This document shows, piece by piece, positions 36,901 to 49,299 of a DNA stretch of 64,000 nucleotides. This DNA is from Vitrella brassicaformis CCMP3155. Its lineage: Eukaryota; Protista; Chromerida. A program made the translations under genes and the position numbers. The notes beneath the pieces were generated by a model that made no database searches, was not told the DNA's origin, and saw nothing but the letters and a program-made list of their open reading frames with translations. How positions within the stretch are numbered: position 1 is the first letter of the stretch; each line of letters opens with the position of its first letter. Location of the stretch: the NCBI GenBank assembly GCA_001179505.1, contig CDMY01000356.1:186001-250000 (forward strand). The letters run 5' to 3'.

Positions 36901-36969
36901 TCCCTCTCCCTTCTCCTTGTCGTTGAGGGGCCGCACGCGGCACACCACCTTGACGTTCTCAGCACTCAT
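33919..36969 (-). CDS. KHC: Kinesin-1 (conventional kinesin heavy chain)
   Basis: N-terminal motor: [63 protein letters not shown]. It has a long coiled coil, a conserved tail ([26 protein letters not shown]) and an IAK-like motif NIARPLKGG. Confidence 0.95.
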
Positions 36970-37315
36970 CGTGTGGCTGGGCTGGCTGGGCTGGGGCGCT
37001 CAGATAACAGACGAAGCTAGCTACACGAATCAAGGAACAAACACACCACCCAGGCGACTGACTGACGGGATCGATTGTTCCAAGACTCACAAAACCAACA
37101 CCAAACCGCTGCAGGGCAGCCCCGACAGCAGACGGCAAGCAGATGGCACGAGCACCAAAGGCAGATCGCTCGGGGTGGACGGGGGGCCCGAAAAAACAAG
37201 CAGCAAGGGGCGGAAAGGCCTCGGGAAGGGAGACGTCCGCAAACATCAAGCTCGCAAGCTTAGCTCGCAGATGCCACGCGGGAAGGCATTCCCCAAACTG
37301 TTGTTCAGAGAGCTC

Positions 37316-38626
37316 ATGATGGGTAACCGCAACAACTCAGGTAGCGAGAAGAAGGACGAGGAGGAACTGCGGCCTGGTGCAGCCAGTGGGCCTCTCCTGC
37401 CGCCACGAAGGGCAGACGACGATCTTGACGAGGAAACAGGGGAGCCTTTCTGCCGCATTTGCCACGGTAAGTAATGAATGCGACAGACAGAGGTCACAAG
37501 AGGAGCCACTCACTCACACCTTGAAAAGTGTGTCTGTGCCACTGGGTGGGTGGGTGTCTGTCTGTGCTCTGTGCAGCTGGGCCAGACGGCGGTGAGTTGA
37601 TATCGCCGTGCAAGTGCACGGGAAGCATTCGCTTCATCCACAGAGAATGGTCAGCCGGCGATCGAGGCTGTGAGCTCCACTGCTGCACTCCTCACTCATT
37701 CTGCCTGTTGGGGTGTGTGTGTGCGCGTGTGCAGTTTGGACAAGTGGCGGTCGAGTGTGAGCGTCAACCCGCAGAACCTCGTTCGATGCGAAGTAAGCGA
37801 GCGGCACGACGGAAGTGGCGTGGCTCCAGATGGCTGGCTGGCTGCATCCGCAGAATGAATGCCTGTGCGTTCCTCGTTCGTTGGTTCCCCACCCACCCAC
37901 AGGTGTGCCATTACCGCTATGAGTTTGAAAACGCCAGCGTGTCTTCGAGCCACATCTACTGCCTACTCATCGTCTACTTTCTCGGCATCCTCTCACTCCT
38001 CACCGCGTCGGCATTCATCCTGGGTAAGTTAAGACGCACCAGGGTGCTTGGCTTGACTGACTGGTCCTTCTCCTTACTTGTCCCCCACACACGATCGGCT
38101 CCCGTCCGTCTGTCTGTCTGTCTGTCTGTGTGTGTGTGCAGGTTTGGGTGTGCAGCCGCTGTATGTGCATTATGTGGACGACAGGATCCCCAGCGAGATC
38201 GGCCCCGTCACCCTGGTTGCGGGCTTTCTTCCGATTTTCTTTGTGCTGGGCGTCTACAGCCTCTGTCGCATGTGCCTTGAAGGGTCCTCCCGCGATTTGG
38301 GCGCCTGGGTATACGTCGACTTTGGCTGGATGTCGGGTGAGGCCGGCATGGCCTGCCTGGGTTTTATCATCGTGGTGGGGATTGCGGCGGCGGTGGTGCA
38401 CTTATTTCTCGCCCCCATGAAGAAGCTGTACGATGACACCAGGTAGGTAAGGTGGGGGCATGTTTGGATTGGACACACAGAAAGGCATACACACATACAC
38501 ACACACACACACACACGGGCATGGTCCGTTATGCTCTCCGTCGTGTGTTTCGTGTGTGTGCATGGCAGGGCCAATCTGGCCAAGTCTTATCGTGTTGTCA
38601 ACTACATGGGATCGAGCGACCGGTGA
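37316..38626 (+). CDS. RING-CH (RINGv, MARCH-type) membrane E3 ubiquitin ligase
   Basis: CRICHG|..ELISPCKCTGSIRFIHRE|CLDKWR...RCE|VCHY (C4HC3), followed by about three hydrophobic TM segments. The last exon ends YMGSSDR* at 38626. Confidence 0.88.
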
Positions 38627-39224
38627 GATGACGTGACGTGACAGACATGCATGCCGTAAGTGTCTCCGTCTGCGGGCGGGCGTTTGGCTGGCCGATAGAT
38701 AGGAGTGGATGGATGAGCGGGTCGAGTGTTGGAGGGGGGTGAGGGATGGCTCGTGATGGGCTGCTTCTTGCGGGCTGTGTGTACTGTAGCTTAGCTGTTT
38801 TTCGTCAAGTCGAGTGACTGGCTGGCTGGCTGGCTGGCTGGCTGCATAACCAACCGCTTGACCGTGTGTCCATGCCATGCGCCGATGTGTAAGCTAAGGA
38901 GGGCAGGCTAGACTACAGGGGAAGAGGGACGCGTGTGGTGTGTCATGTATGTGCTGTGACAAGACAAGAGACCCTCGGTCGGTTGTTTGCATTAAAGCTC
39001 TTGCTTCTCCACCCCACACACATCCATCCATCCATCCAGTCACATAGCTACACCCACCCACCCCAGACACTGGTTAGACACCCCCAGCACTCACAAACCG
39101 CTTATCTCTCTCAGTTCTGACCTCTGCTGCCCTTCCCCGCCCCGCCCCCTCGAGTGGCCATCATTCTTTTCTACAGCACCAACCGGATCAGGCAGGCAGC
39201 CACTTTTTCACTATCCCTGCTATC

Positions 39225-40997
39225 TCAGCCTCGCGCTTCGGCGTCAAGGGCCTCCTGCAACTCGCTTACACACAGACGGACAGAGAGAGAGAGGAGGAGA
39301 GAGAGGATGGGGCATGAATGCAGCACAGCAACCAGGGGCCTGTGTGCGTGCGTGTCTGTGTGTACCCACCTGTCGCCCTCATCCTGGTTGTCCCCCTCGT
39401 CGTCTTGTTCGTCATCTCGGTCGTCACCGTCATCGTCGAGTGGGTAGTCGTGTGTGAAGAAGGGCATGTCGCTCGCCTTGGTCGGTAGCGCCGTGGACGG
39501 CGACATGCTCCTCTTGCCCGACACGCGACGCTCACCCCCAACACCATCAACACCCGCACCTCCCACTTCAACATTATCCTGACCCCCCCCCCCCCCCCNN
39601 NNNNNNNNNNNNNNNNNNNNNNNNNNNNNNNNNNNNNNNNNNNNNNNNNNNNNNNNNNNNNNNNNNNNNNNNNNNNNNNNNNNNNNNNNNNNNNNNNNNN
39701 NNNNNNNNNNNNNNNNNNNNNNNNNNNNNNNNNNNNNNNNNNNNNNNNNNNNNNNNNNNNNNNNNNNNNNNNNNNNNNNNNNNNNNNNNNNNNNNNNNNN
39801 NNNNNNNNNNNNNNNNNNNNNNNNNNNNNNNNNNNNNNNNNNNNNNNNNNNNNNNNNNNNNNNNNNNNNNNNNNNNNNNNNNNNNNNNNNNNNNNNNNCC
39901 ACCATGCGACCGTTCCTTCACCCACCCACCCGTGAGCGCGTCTGTTTGGAAGAAGGAGGAGAAGAAGAGGAGGCCCCAACCACCTCCTCCTTCTCTGCCA
40001 GCGAGCTGCGCACGCCTTTGCCCCTCTCCACCCGGCGCTGTCCGGTTGTTGAAGTAGTCGCTGGTCGACTGACTCCAACGCGCACCATCGATGTCGGCAC
40101 CTCACCCCTCGGCGCATACATGTCTGCTGTGCCGCTGCCGACGTCCGGGAGGTTCATGTCGGGCAGCGGGATGCGCTTGTCGGGGTAGCGGCGCCTGTGC
40201 CAAGGGTATACATACGCACCATATATATGGCAGACGCACACAACGAACGCCTCTGCCTCTCTCTCTCCCTTTGGTTTGGTTTGGTTGGTGCTGCTCTGCC
40301 TGACTTTGCCTGACCTGTCCTTGAGGTAGTCTTGTATGTTGTAGAGCTTCTGGTAGATCTCGATCTGCTCCCGCTTCAGCCTCGCCCGCTCCTGCCGGAT
40401 CTCGTCCTCTACCTCACCGCTCCTGCACACAAACAAGCCGACACCAGCAAACCACACAACACACCCCGCAGAATCAATCGCATGGGTGGATCGGTGGATG
40501 GATGGCTGACCCTCCGTTGGCACAGCAGGGCATGCCCCGGCGGCGGAGCCTTAGGATCTCCCCCTCCACTACGTTAAGGCTGAGAACACACAGACACAGG
40601 GGGAGAGTTCATTGGCAAGGAAACCTTTGTTGTGACGGCGCACTGCTCACCGCTTCTTGAGCCGCCCTGAGTGGTACTTGACGACGAGGTCGTCGTCAGC
40701 AGACTCGTTATGGGGCGGGTATCTCGTGGCGCTCGGGAAAGTGACCCGCATCTCAGACTGACAGACAGCCACACAGCCACGTGCAACCGACCATGCACTC
40801 GGCTTGCCTTCCTATGAGCGACGCGTGCATACCTCCTCCGCCCTGCTGTGGTGAAGGCCGCTGCAGAGGACCAAACACGCCTTGAGGGGCTGAATGATGA
40901 ACCAATTCCAGTCATCAGGCGGATCAACGCCGTCCTCCAAGATGCGGCTGTCGTTGCTGCCCTGCCGGGCATGACCGCGGCTGAACAACATCGGCAT
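39225..40997 (-). CDS. Hypothetical protein (short coiled coil, acidic C-terminus); spans the second gap, which lies in an intron
   Basis: Exons join in frame: ...HSRAEE|SEMRVTFP...HSGRLKKR|GGEILRLRRRGMPCCANGG|SGEVEDEIRQERARLKREQIEIYQKL..., then a final acidic segment ending LDAEARG*. Confidence 0.5.
39599..39898. other. Scaffold gap (300 N) adjacent to a C16 homopolymer
   Basis: Exactly 300 N directly after ga-C16. It lies between a minus-strand donor (~39930) and acceptor (~39580). Confidence 0.95.
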
Positions 40998-41257
40998 TTC
41001 CGAAACCTCAACAGTGTTGAGTCAACACCCGCAACACTCACGGATCAGGAAACCGTTGTTGACGTATCACCCCATCACCATCACGGCCAGAAAGTCCGGC
41101 TAGAAGATGCGAGCTGTTGGCCGAACCAAGGAAGAACCGGGGTTATTTCAGTAATTCCTACAGAGGGAAGCACACCGACCGTGTTGTGTGCGTCGAGGAA
41201 ACAGCCATGACCTGGATGCATCGGCCATCATCCCGACCGCAACCGTAGAGATGGTCT

Positions 41258-44200
41258 ATGCGGCGCGAGCATGACAGACGAGTCGCCACAAGCGATGACA
41301 AACATGTAATCGAATGCATTCCGACAGCAGGACGCTTCGCTTCCGTCATTTCTCTGTCCTTCTCTCCGTGTGGTGTGTATGTTGACAGGGATCAGGATGA
41401 TTCCCCAGCTCCATCGGTCGCCACGCCTCAGCAGTCTATCGTCCAGGAGCTGCAGACCTTCAGCATGTACTGGCAGGGCCACCGAGCGCACCGCATGGCG
41501 GCAGGCCACACGCTGCCCGGTTCATCGCCACCTGTGTCAGCGGCCCTGAGGGCCTTCGTGGACAGACTGGGGGAGCTGGGCTGCTCGTGGCTGGTGCAGG
41601 GCAGGACGGCCAAGGCGCTGTTCAAACAGGAGGTGGGTGGGTGGGTGCGGTCACACAGAGATGAGTGAGCGAGTGGGTGAGGGTCATCCATCTGCAGATA
41701 TGGGTTCTGTGTGCATGTGTCGGTTGGTCGTTCAGATGACGGTGCCTCCTCCTGCTGATGGCGATGGGGACAACACGCGGCCCTCTACAGAGAGGGAGCG
41801 GGATCAGGTATGCGACTCTCCATCCATCCAATGAGCATATAAGCGCATGTATGGATGTGGACGTGTGTGTGCGTGTGTTGGTCCGTCCGTCCTCCGTCAG
41901 AAGTACGAGAAGATATGGAGCACTTTGGCTACCAGCGAACGCGCCTACTGGGCGACGCGAAACGTGCAGAAGTTGAACACCTTGCACAGGTGAGCCGAGC
42001 CGTGTTAACATATACACAGCCCAAACGAGGAAGCGCGGTGCATCCTCTGTGGTTGGTTGCGTATGTGCAGCACTCTGGCTGAGGTAGGCTTGGAGCTACC
42101 GAGGCCGCCAGAACAGCAATGGGCCGCAAAGGTGAGTGACTGAGTGAGTGAGTCTAGCCAGGCACACAGAGACCATCATTGTTAGTTAGCCAAGATGAGC
42201 AGACGGCGCATCCATCCATCCATCCATCCAGTACATCCATGTGGCCGTTGCTGGCTGTTGCTATTGGTTGGTGGGTTGCTTGGTTGGTTGGTCCGATCAG
42301 ATGAATGAGCAGGGTATCTTACCTCGTGGCACCGCACTCCCGCTGGACCAGCCCCACATACTCATCGAAGTGTAACCAAACACACACACACACGGCAGCG
42401 ATCGAGCCACAGAGCTCTTCACTCACATGTGGATGGATGGATGGATGGGTCAGATTCCGCCATCTGCCCACTGCCGAGCAGGACCAGTGGCGTCAGAAGG
42501 CAAGCCAGCCACACACGCACACGCCTACCTCCACCAACAGACAGACATGTGAGTGCACCATCCGGTCTGTCTCTCTTTTACTGTTTGCTTCAGTACCTCC
42601 AACAAGGCGCGACGCTAGACTTCTATATGGGTGCGCTGGTGGAGTTCCTCACGACCGAGAAGGAGCTCGAGCGGCAGCCCACGCAGGCCCCCGCACCCGA
42701 GCCCGGACCGGTCGCTGCCCCTGCTGCCGGCCTCTCCCTGGACCCGTTTCAGCCCCCCACCCTCAATATGCTCGATGAGGAAGATGACCCCGACCGCAGC
42801 AGCCCAGACCCCTCGCACCTGCGCGGATCCATGGGGTTTGTATCTGACGGTGGTGTTGGTTTGGCGGTCAAGAGAGAGCGGGGGGTGCCACAGCAGCAGG
42901 TTGAGGAGGAGGGGGAGGAGACCAAGAGGGTCAGGCGGGGGACGGCACCCATGCACTGGGAGCAGTGGGAGCAGAGGCGGGCACAGGAGGTCGCGCCGAT
43001 CGTCGAGGCGATCAGTTCGTCGATGCAGCGGGACGTGGCGGAGCTGGTCCAGAGGCACTGGGTCACACAGGACCCCTTGGAGCAAGCAGAGCTGCTCAGG
43101 GCCATAGCTCAGAAGAGGGCGCTGCAACAGGAGCTGGTCAAGTCCACCATACCGGCCTTGCCGTGGGTGGGGGTGCGGCCGCCTCCTCCCCGCAGAGGGA
43201 ACAACAAACGGGGGGTGCCCCCTGTCGGCCTGTTCGACGAAATCCGCATGTCGACGGGCGGGCCCAGCACCTACTCTCCGATGCCACTGGCAACAGGCCA
43301 CATACTCTCGCCACCACAGATGCCGCCACCCCCCCGACCCTTCGGCTCTGTCCGCTCTGTCGTCGGCTCGGCTGCATGTACTGCTGCTGGTGCCCCCTTT
43401 GCTCGGCGGCCGCCGATGCCCCGTCCGCCCCCCACCGCTCCGCTCATCGCAATGTCCAGCCCGCCCGCACAAGACCAGCGGGTGAGGCCCTCATTCCCGC
43501 CACCTCCCTTTGATTTGGGGTCTCGCGGATCATCGCCAGCTCAAATGGCCGTGCCCGCCGGCCGTGGAGTGGAGATGGCTGCTGGGACGGCTCCTATTGC
43601 ACAAGACGGTGAGGTGGAACAGGGCTGGGGCCATGGGGAGGGTGAGGCGGGGCCACCTGCTGGCGAGGGCGGGGGCTTTGAGGAGATGCCTCACTTCGTG
43701 GATCCCCCCAGTCCTTCCGCGTCTGACGCACCCATGAGCTCTTCTGCCGAGAGCGATGAAGGTGACAACGGTGCTGGTGCTGCCGGTGTGGCGTCCACCA
43801 AGAAGGAGAAGGGCGTGGGACAGCCGCACGCACTGCCACCGCCAGCCCCTCTCCCACCCGCTCTCCCGCCTGCTGCAGCTCTTGACGATGACGAGTATGA
43901 GCGGCTCATCAACCTGCCTGCAGACGACCCTTTCGGCTTGGGCAAGGAGGACGACAGACAGATCGGCGGCTGCGTCTTCCCCGGCGACAGTCTCATGCAG
44001 GAGGACGATGACGACCCTCTACCACCTCTCCACCAGTGCTTCGGCGGCCACAGTAACGACACCGACAGTGACGAGGACATGCCCAAGAAGCCTCCACCCA
44101 CCCACTCGTCAGAGGCCACATCAGCTCTACCAGCTCTACCGCCCGCAGCAGCAACAGAGGAGCCAGCCCCCGACCACCAGGCGGAGGATGAGGCTGCGGC

Positions 44201-45011
44201 CAAGGAGGCAGACAGCTGGATCGGACAGCTCAAGAAACCGCCCTCGCCCTCAGCGCAAGCCCCCCCTCCCCCTCTCCCTGTCGCAGCAAGCTCTCACACG
44301 GCGACGAGTGTGTGGCCCTCATGCAGCCACAGCGAGTTCGGCGATTTGTCTGAGGCGCGATCACCGCCAGGTCAAGTGGATGTGCCCTACGGGGAGGCGG
44401 TTGCTGGGACCGACCCCAAGGCACAAGAGGTGCGGCCCGACGGACGGCGGCCGGGCTTCGCCAGCCCTTCCGGGACGGATTTTCTCGCCTCACCCTTCGA
44501 TGAGTTCCCGGACATGACGCCGCGGATCTTCGAGGCGGAGGGCGGCAAGGCAGCGTCCTTTGTCATGCCCAAGACCAGCGACAGTCCGGCAGTCAAGACG
44601 TCATCCCCGACTGCCGGTGAGAACCATGAGGCTTCCAGTGGCGTTGGAGCTTCTGCGCCAGCGGCTGCCGACAACGGCGGCATCAAGGACCTTTCGCCCG
44701 TCCCCGTCAGCAGATCCCCTCTGCATTTCCGCCCCATCTTGCCAAGACAGGGGCCAAAACTAGAAGGGCCCGGTCCATCGGCGCTGCCACAATGCTTTGT
44801 CGGCCCCTTCTACCTGTACGCGCCGCCACATCCGTCGATGCAGATAAGCGGCCTCCCTCCGCCCCACAGCACGTCAGTGCCTCCGCGGCTGCCTTGTCGG
44901 CAAGGTGGTGTGTCGGGCGCTGCTGGCCGCGGCACGGCGGGCAGGTCGAGGGGGCAGATTGCGATGCAACAAGCAGTGACAAGGCCGAGCGCTTGCCTGG
45001 AGCAAGAGTGA
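41258..45011 (+). CDS. Hypothetical protein: several small 5' exons plus a ~2.4-kb Pro/acid-rich disordered terminal exon
   Basis: There is an open frame of about 800 codons from 42594 (YLQQGATLDFYMGALVEF...) to TGA at 45011, and splice-bounded upstream exons from 41258 to 42499. The 5' phases are not fully resolved. Confidence 0.55.
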
Positions 45012-45269
45012 AGGTGTTTTCAGTGGTGGTGTGCCCTTTTCCAGTCTGGCTTAGCGGCGCCGGTCTGTATAGACACCACACACTTTTCCAGTCGTGTCCA
45101 TCCACCGAACGATGCGCAATCGTACCACGCCATGATAATACTGCTTGCGATGCCGCAAACCAAAGCAAACGACGCACTGCTTCGCGACCAAATTAATGTA
45201 CAGACAAGATCGGGGAATGCGCATCCCTCCGTGCCTAGGCCGCCGTGACATGACCAGCATCTTGTCATC

Positions 45270-48200
45270 ATGCCGATGAAGAGAATTGTGGCGGGCAAAC
45301 AGGTGGAGTGAAAAAGGACATCGACACTCAAGTTCAGGATCTCTCCATCTCGCTCGCCTTCTGTGCCACGAATCTGTGGCTGTTTGTGGGCAGACGTTGA
45401 CGCTCGAGACCATCGATGAGCTAATCCGTGCAAGGGTGAGCTTCATGGACAGCCCGTCCATCACATGCAGTGGCCATGAGGGAAATGTGGTTGTCGTCGG
45501 TGTGGCGTCTTTGCTGTGTTGTGTTTGCAGAAGCACACCAAGGACCCCTTCACGTTCTCAAACTACACTACCAGGTGAGGCCATCCATCGCACCACGACA
45601 ACAGACACGCCTGGTGGATTGGCATCTGCTTCGCGGTGCTTGAATTTGGTGTCCCGCCGGCCGACCGTGCAGCAAGCTGACCGATGGCTCAAAGGGAGGC
45701 GGTGCGGCGGCTTCTGATGAGAAGGAAATCGACAGACTGAGGTATGCACACACGGACGAGAATATACTTACGACGCGCATCCGTGTGTGTGGGGGGGGGT
45801 GGCTGTGCATCAGTGAGCATGTCCGTCGTGTGGCCCTGGATGTCAAGTGCAGGACCGCCCTCGTGTCATCCATGGAAGGTCCACACACGAACACTCAGCC
45901 AGCCCCCAAGGCTGCCCTGCTCACTCTCTCACCCTCTGCCCCCCTGTCGCGTGCAGCTAGGTTGCGCAAGGATTCGGCAGCTGCCCTCTGTCTGTTGGCC
46001 AACATCACCAGCAATGCATCGACCAAGAAGGGTGCGGCGGCCAAGAAGAGGGCGGCGGCGGGTGCATCTGACGACGAGATGGAGGAGGAAGAGGAAGGAG
46101 AGGAGGGGGCGGCGCGGAAACGGGGTGCGTGTATTGGTGTGTTGGGAGGGTGTGATGTGTGGCATGCATGGGTTGTTGTGTGTTGTGGTGCTGCACTGGT
46201 GCAGGTAAGCGGGTCGTGGATGTTGACGAGAAGATCTGCCGTCGGGACGACTACCAAGAGCTGGTCAGTCAGTCAGTGAAACACACCCATACATACGTGA
46301 AAGGATGGACACAATGACACCATGCACCATGCCCATTCACATCTCTGGGTGAGTGAGTGTGGGTGTCTGTTTCCAGATGGACAAGCATGACACCGCGAGT
46401 TTCCTCAAGAAGGCCATGGACATCTTCAAGAGATCCGCGGGCGACAAGCTCGGTGAGTGCACGCGTGAAGACATGCCGTGCACACCTCTGCGCGCGTGTC
46501 TCCCTCCCCTCCTCCATCCGATATCCGATATCATCAGATAAGCCTCAGCTTGAGGAGGTCAAGAAGATGAGCGTCGCGCACCAGCCGCAGGAAGCCGTCC
46601 CCACCACCGCACCTCATGACACGCACATGCAGCAGCCGTCCGCAGCCTTCCTCGAGCTGCTCGGCAAATCGCTCGCCGAATGGCATGTGCCGACCCTCAC
46701 AGGTGGACGAACACCGATAGTTAGTAAGGAAGTGGAGAGGTCGCCCCATTTGCATTGTGTTTTCTGGCTCAGATGACATTTCCGAGTCGTCGGATGGTGA
46801 CTCGCCGGTGCGTGGTGGCGACGATGCCATGATGGATGACGGTGTCGAGGACGAACAGATGATGGACGACGATGCGCCACCCGCTGCTGCCGCTGCTGCT
46901 GCTGCTGCTGCTGCTGCTGCATCAGAGGCGGCCCATCTGTTTGACGACATGATGCTGGACGATCCTGTGGACGACGACGACGACCAGAGCAAGAGGCCCC
47001 CCTCTCCTGCCCCCATGCCACACAAGAAGAAAGCAAAGACCGAAGATAATCATGACCAGGTCTGTCTCTTTTCTCATCCCCCCATCTCATCGCATCCTTC
47101 CATTATGTGTGGTTGTCAGGCTCATTCTGACGGCGAGTGTGCTGCCCCCCCTCCGCTGCTGCCGTCTGCCAAGGACAAGGCGCGCCACTTCGACGGCGAT
47201 GGCGAGGAGGATCTCAAGGTCGACAAGCCGCGGCAGCGCAAGAAGAGCAAGGGGACTAAGGACAGCAAGGAGGACGCCAAGACTGCCAAGAAGCCAACCA
47301 AGGTAGGTGGGGAAGGACGGTGGCGAGCCAGCGTGCTGTACTGTGCTGAGATGAGGAGATGAGATGATGATGATGGTGGTGTCAGTTGTGTATCGACGTG
47401 TTCGACCTTCCCACGACTGCACCCGTCACTGGCAGGAAGAAGGCGTTCTGGTACGTTCCTGCGTGCACATCCATGGACACATTGATTTGATCCATGAAAG
47501 TCCTGTCACTCTCTCACTCGCCAGTCTGCGCAGGGATCGTGGGGCGACCTTGCGTGTCGCGGATGACGGGGGCGGTGATGGCCTTTTCGTTTTGTCGGAG
47601 GACCAGCTCATCAAAGGCATCGCAGCATCAGTGGATGCACACGCCCAACGTCAGCCTCCCCGCCCCCACACCGACACACCGACACACACAGAGGAGACAT
47701 CCCGTATCTCTGTGTGTGTGCAGTGTCGAGCATGAAGCGTATGGACATCAACACGTGGCTGTCATCCTTCCCTCAGCTGCTGGCGGTGACGTCCTCCTCG
47801 CCCGCCGCCCTGTACCAGGCCATGCCCTTCGCGTTCGTACCGCCGCTCGAGGACGACGACGACCCGGACAATGACGACCCACAGCAGCAGGAAGGCAAGG
47901 AGACACAAATTGGAGTGCCATCGATGCGTGTCTGTACTATGTTGACCGGTGTGCTGTGCAGGTGTGGGTCATGTGGATCCGTTTGAGGGTCTCGCGCTCA
48001 ACAGTCACGATGCGGAGAATGCCCACCCCTACGCCTCGCCGGCCGACGACGATCCACCGATGATGGCCGCACCCACACCGGCCCACTCAGCCGGGCAGAT
48101 GATGATGGACTGCGAAGAATACGACGAACTCCTCGACTTCAACCCAACAGCAGCAGCAGCAGCAGCAGCGGCGGCAGCAGCATCACAGAATGATCTCCCC

Positions 48201-48955
48201 AACATCCTCCACCTTCCCCCAAGCCCGTCCCCACAGAACGACCGTCCTCCCTCCTCAGAGCACCACCAGCACAACCAGCCGCAGCAGCAGGAGCAGCAGC
48301 CAGCCCCCTCTCCTGGTCCCTCGCCATCGCCCGTGCCGCAGCCACAAATGTCTCCAGCGCCTTCCTCTGCTGCTGGGGGCGGTGTTGAAGACACAGCAAT
48401 GGGCAGCCAGGCTGAGGGTGGCCGGCCTCGGCGCCGCCAGTGGTATGACCTGTTGAGGTCGTACGCCATGACGAGCAAGACGGGGTCGCGCTACTCGATT
48501 TCCAAGCTCGTCGCGTCACTCGAGCCCCACCTTCGGTCTTCCTTTGAGTCAGCACTGTCCCATGAGCAGCACCAGCACAAGGACAGCTTCGCCATCGCAA
48601 ACCTCAGCCAGCTCGCCAACCACTTCAAACAAGGTCTGCCAATATGCCAGACAGCCAGCCAAACGGATATGGCAAGACATGCATGTCTCTTCCATCACAC
48701 AACCTTGTGTGCGAGTGTGTGTATGTGTCAGGCAAGCAGCCCGTGACGCCCCAGCGTTTGTTTGTGACGATGTGTTTCGCCTGCGACAGCCACAACAAGG
48801 TCATCCAGCTGCAGGCAGGGGCTAGTTCGGCAAGGGGCGGCAGGCAGGGCACGGCGGCGTGGGGTGCGGCCACGCTGAAGCTCAAGAGACAGGCACCGAA
48901 GACAGGCACAGAGGCCAAAGCAGACATGACCGTCAGGGCCACGCTGCCCAACTGA
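45270..48955 (+). CDS. Multi-exon acidic/low-complexity protein; candidate highly diverged condensin kleisin (CAP-H/Barren-like)
   Basis: In-frame model: MPMKRIVAGKQ|TLTLETIDELIRAR|KHTKDPFTF...|EHVRRVALDVKCRTALVSSME|ARLRKDSAAALCLL...|..DTASFLKKAMDIF... The C-terminus is QWYDLLRSY..YSISKLVASLEPHL...VTPQRLFVTMCFACDSHNKVIQL. The gene is well supported; the family call is tentative. Confidence 0.55.
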
Positions 48956-49299
48956 GAGTGAGTGGGCCTGTCAGCGTGCAATGGACGGACATCGCATGGC
49001 TGGCGGGATGAAGAGCGACAGACAGACAGACAGACAGACGGACAAGACAGTCCATCCATCCATGCCTTGCCTGATTACCCATGGCTGATTACGTGAATGC
49101 TTGAATTCTCATTGACACCCGTGAGCTCACGAACACAGCACAGCACGGGTGCAAAATCGTGTCTCGCCCACGAGAACTAACACACATGCGCAAATGCCTG
49201 CATGCCCCACAAATATGTATATCAATCACATCAGTATCATCGACCGGTCTGTCTGTCTGTCTGTCTGTCTGTCGAATCAATCAGTGTGGATGGAATTAA

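Noticed and set aside
40560-40580. Apparent stop codons in all three frames of a minus-strand exon (pseudogene?)
   Set aside because: Using the downstream acceptor (ccttaacgtag|T) restores an uninterrupted frame, so this is not a pseudogene signal.
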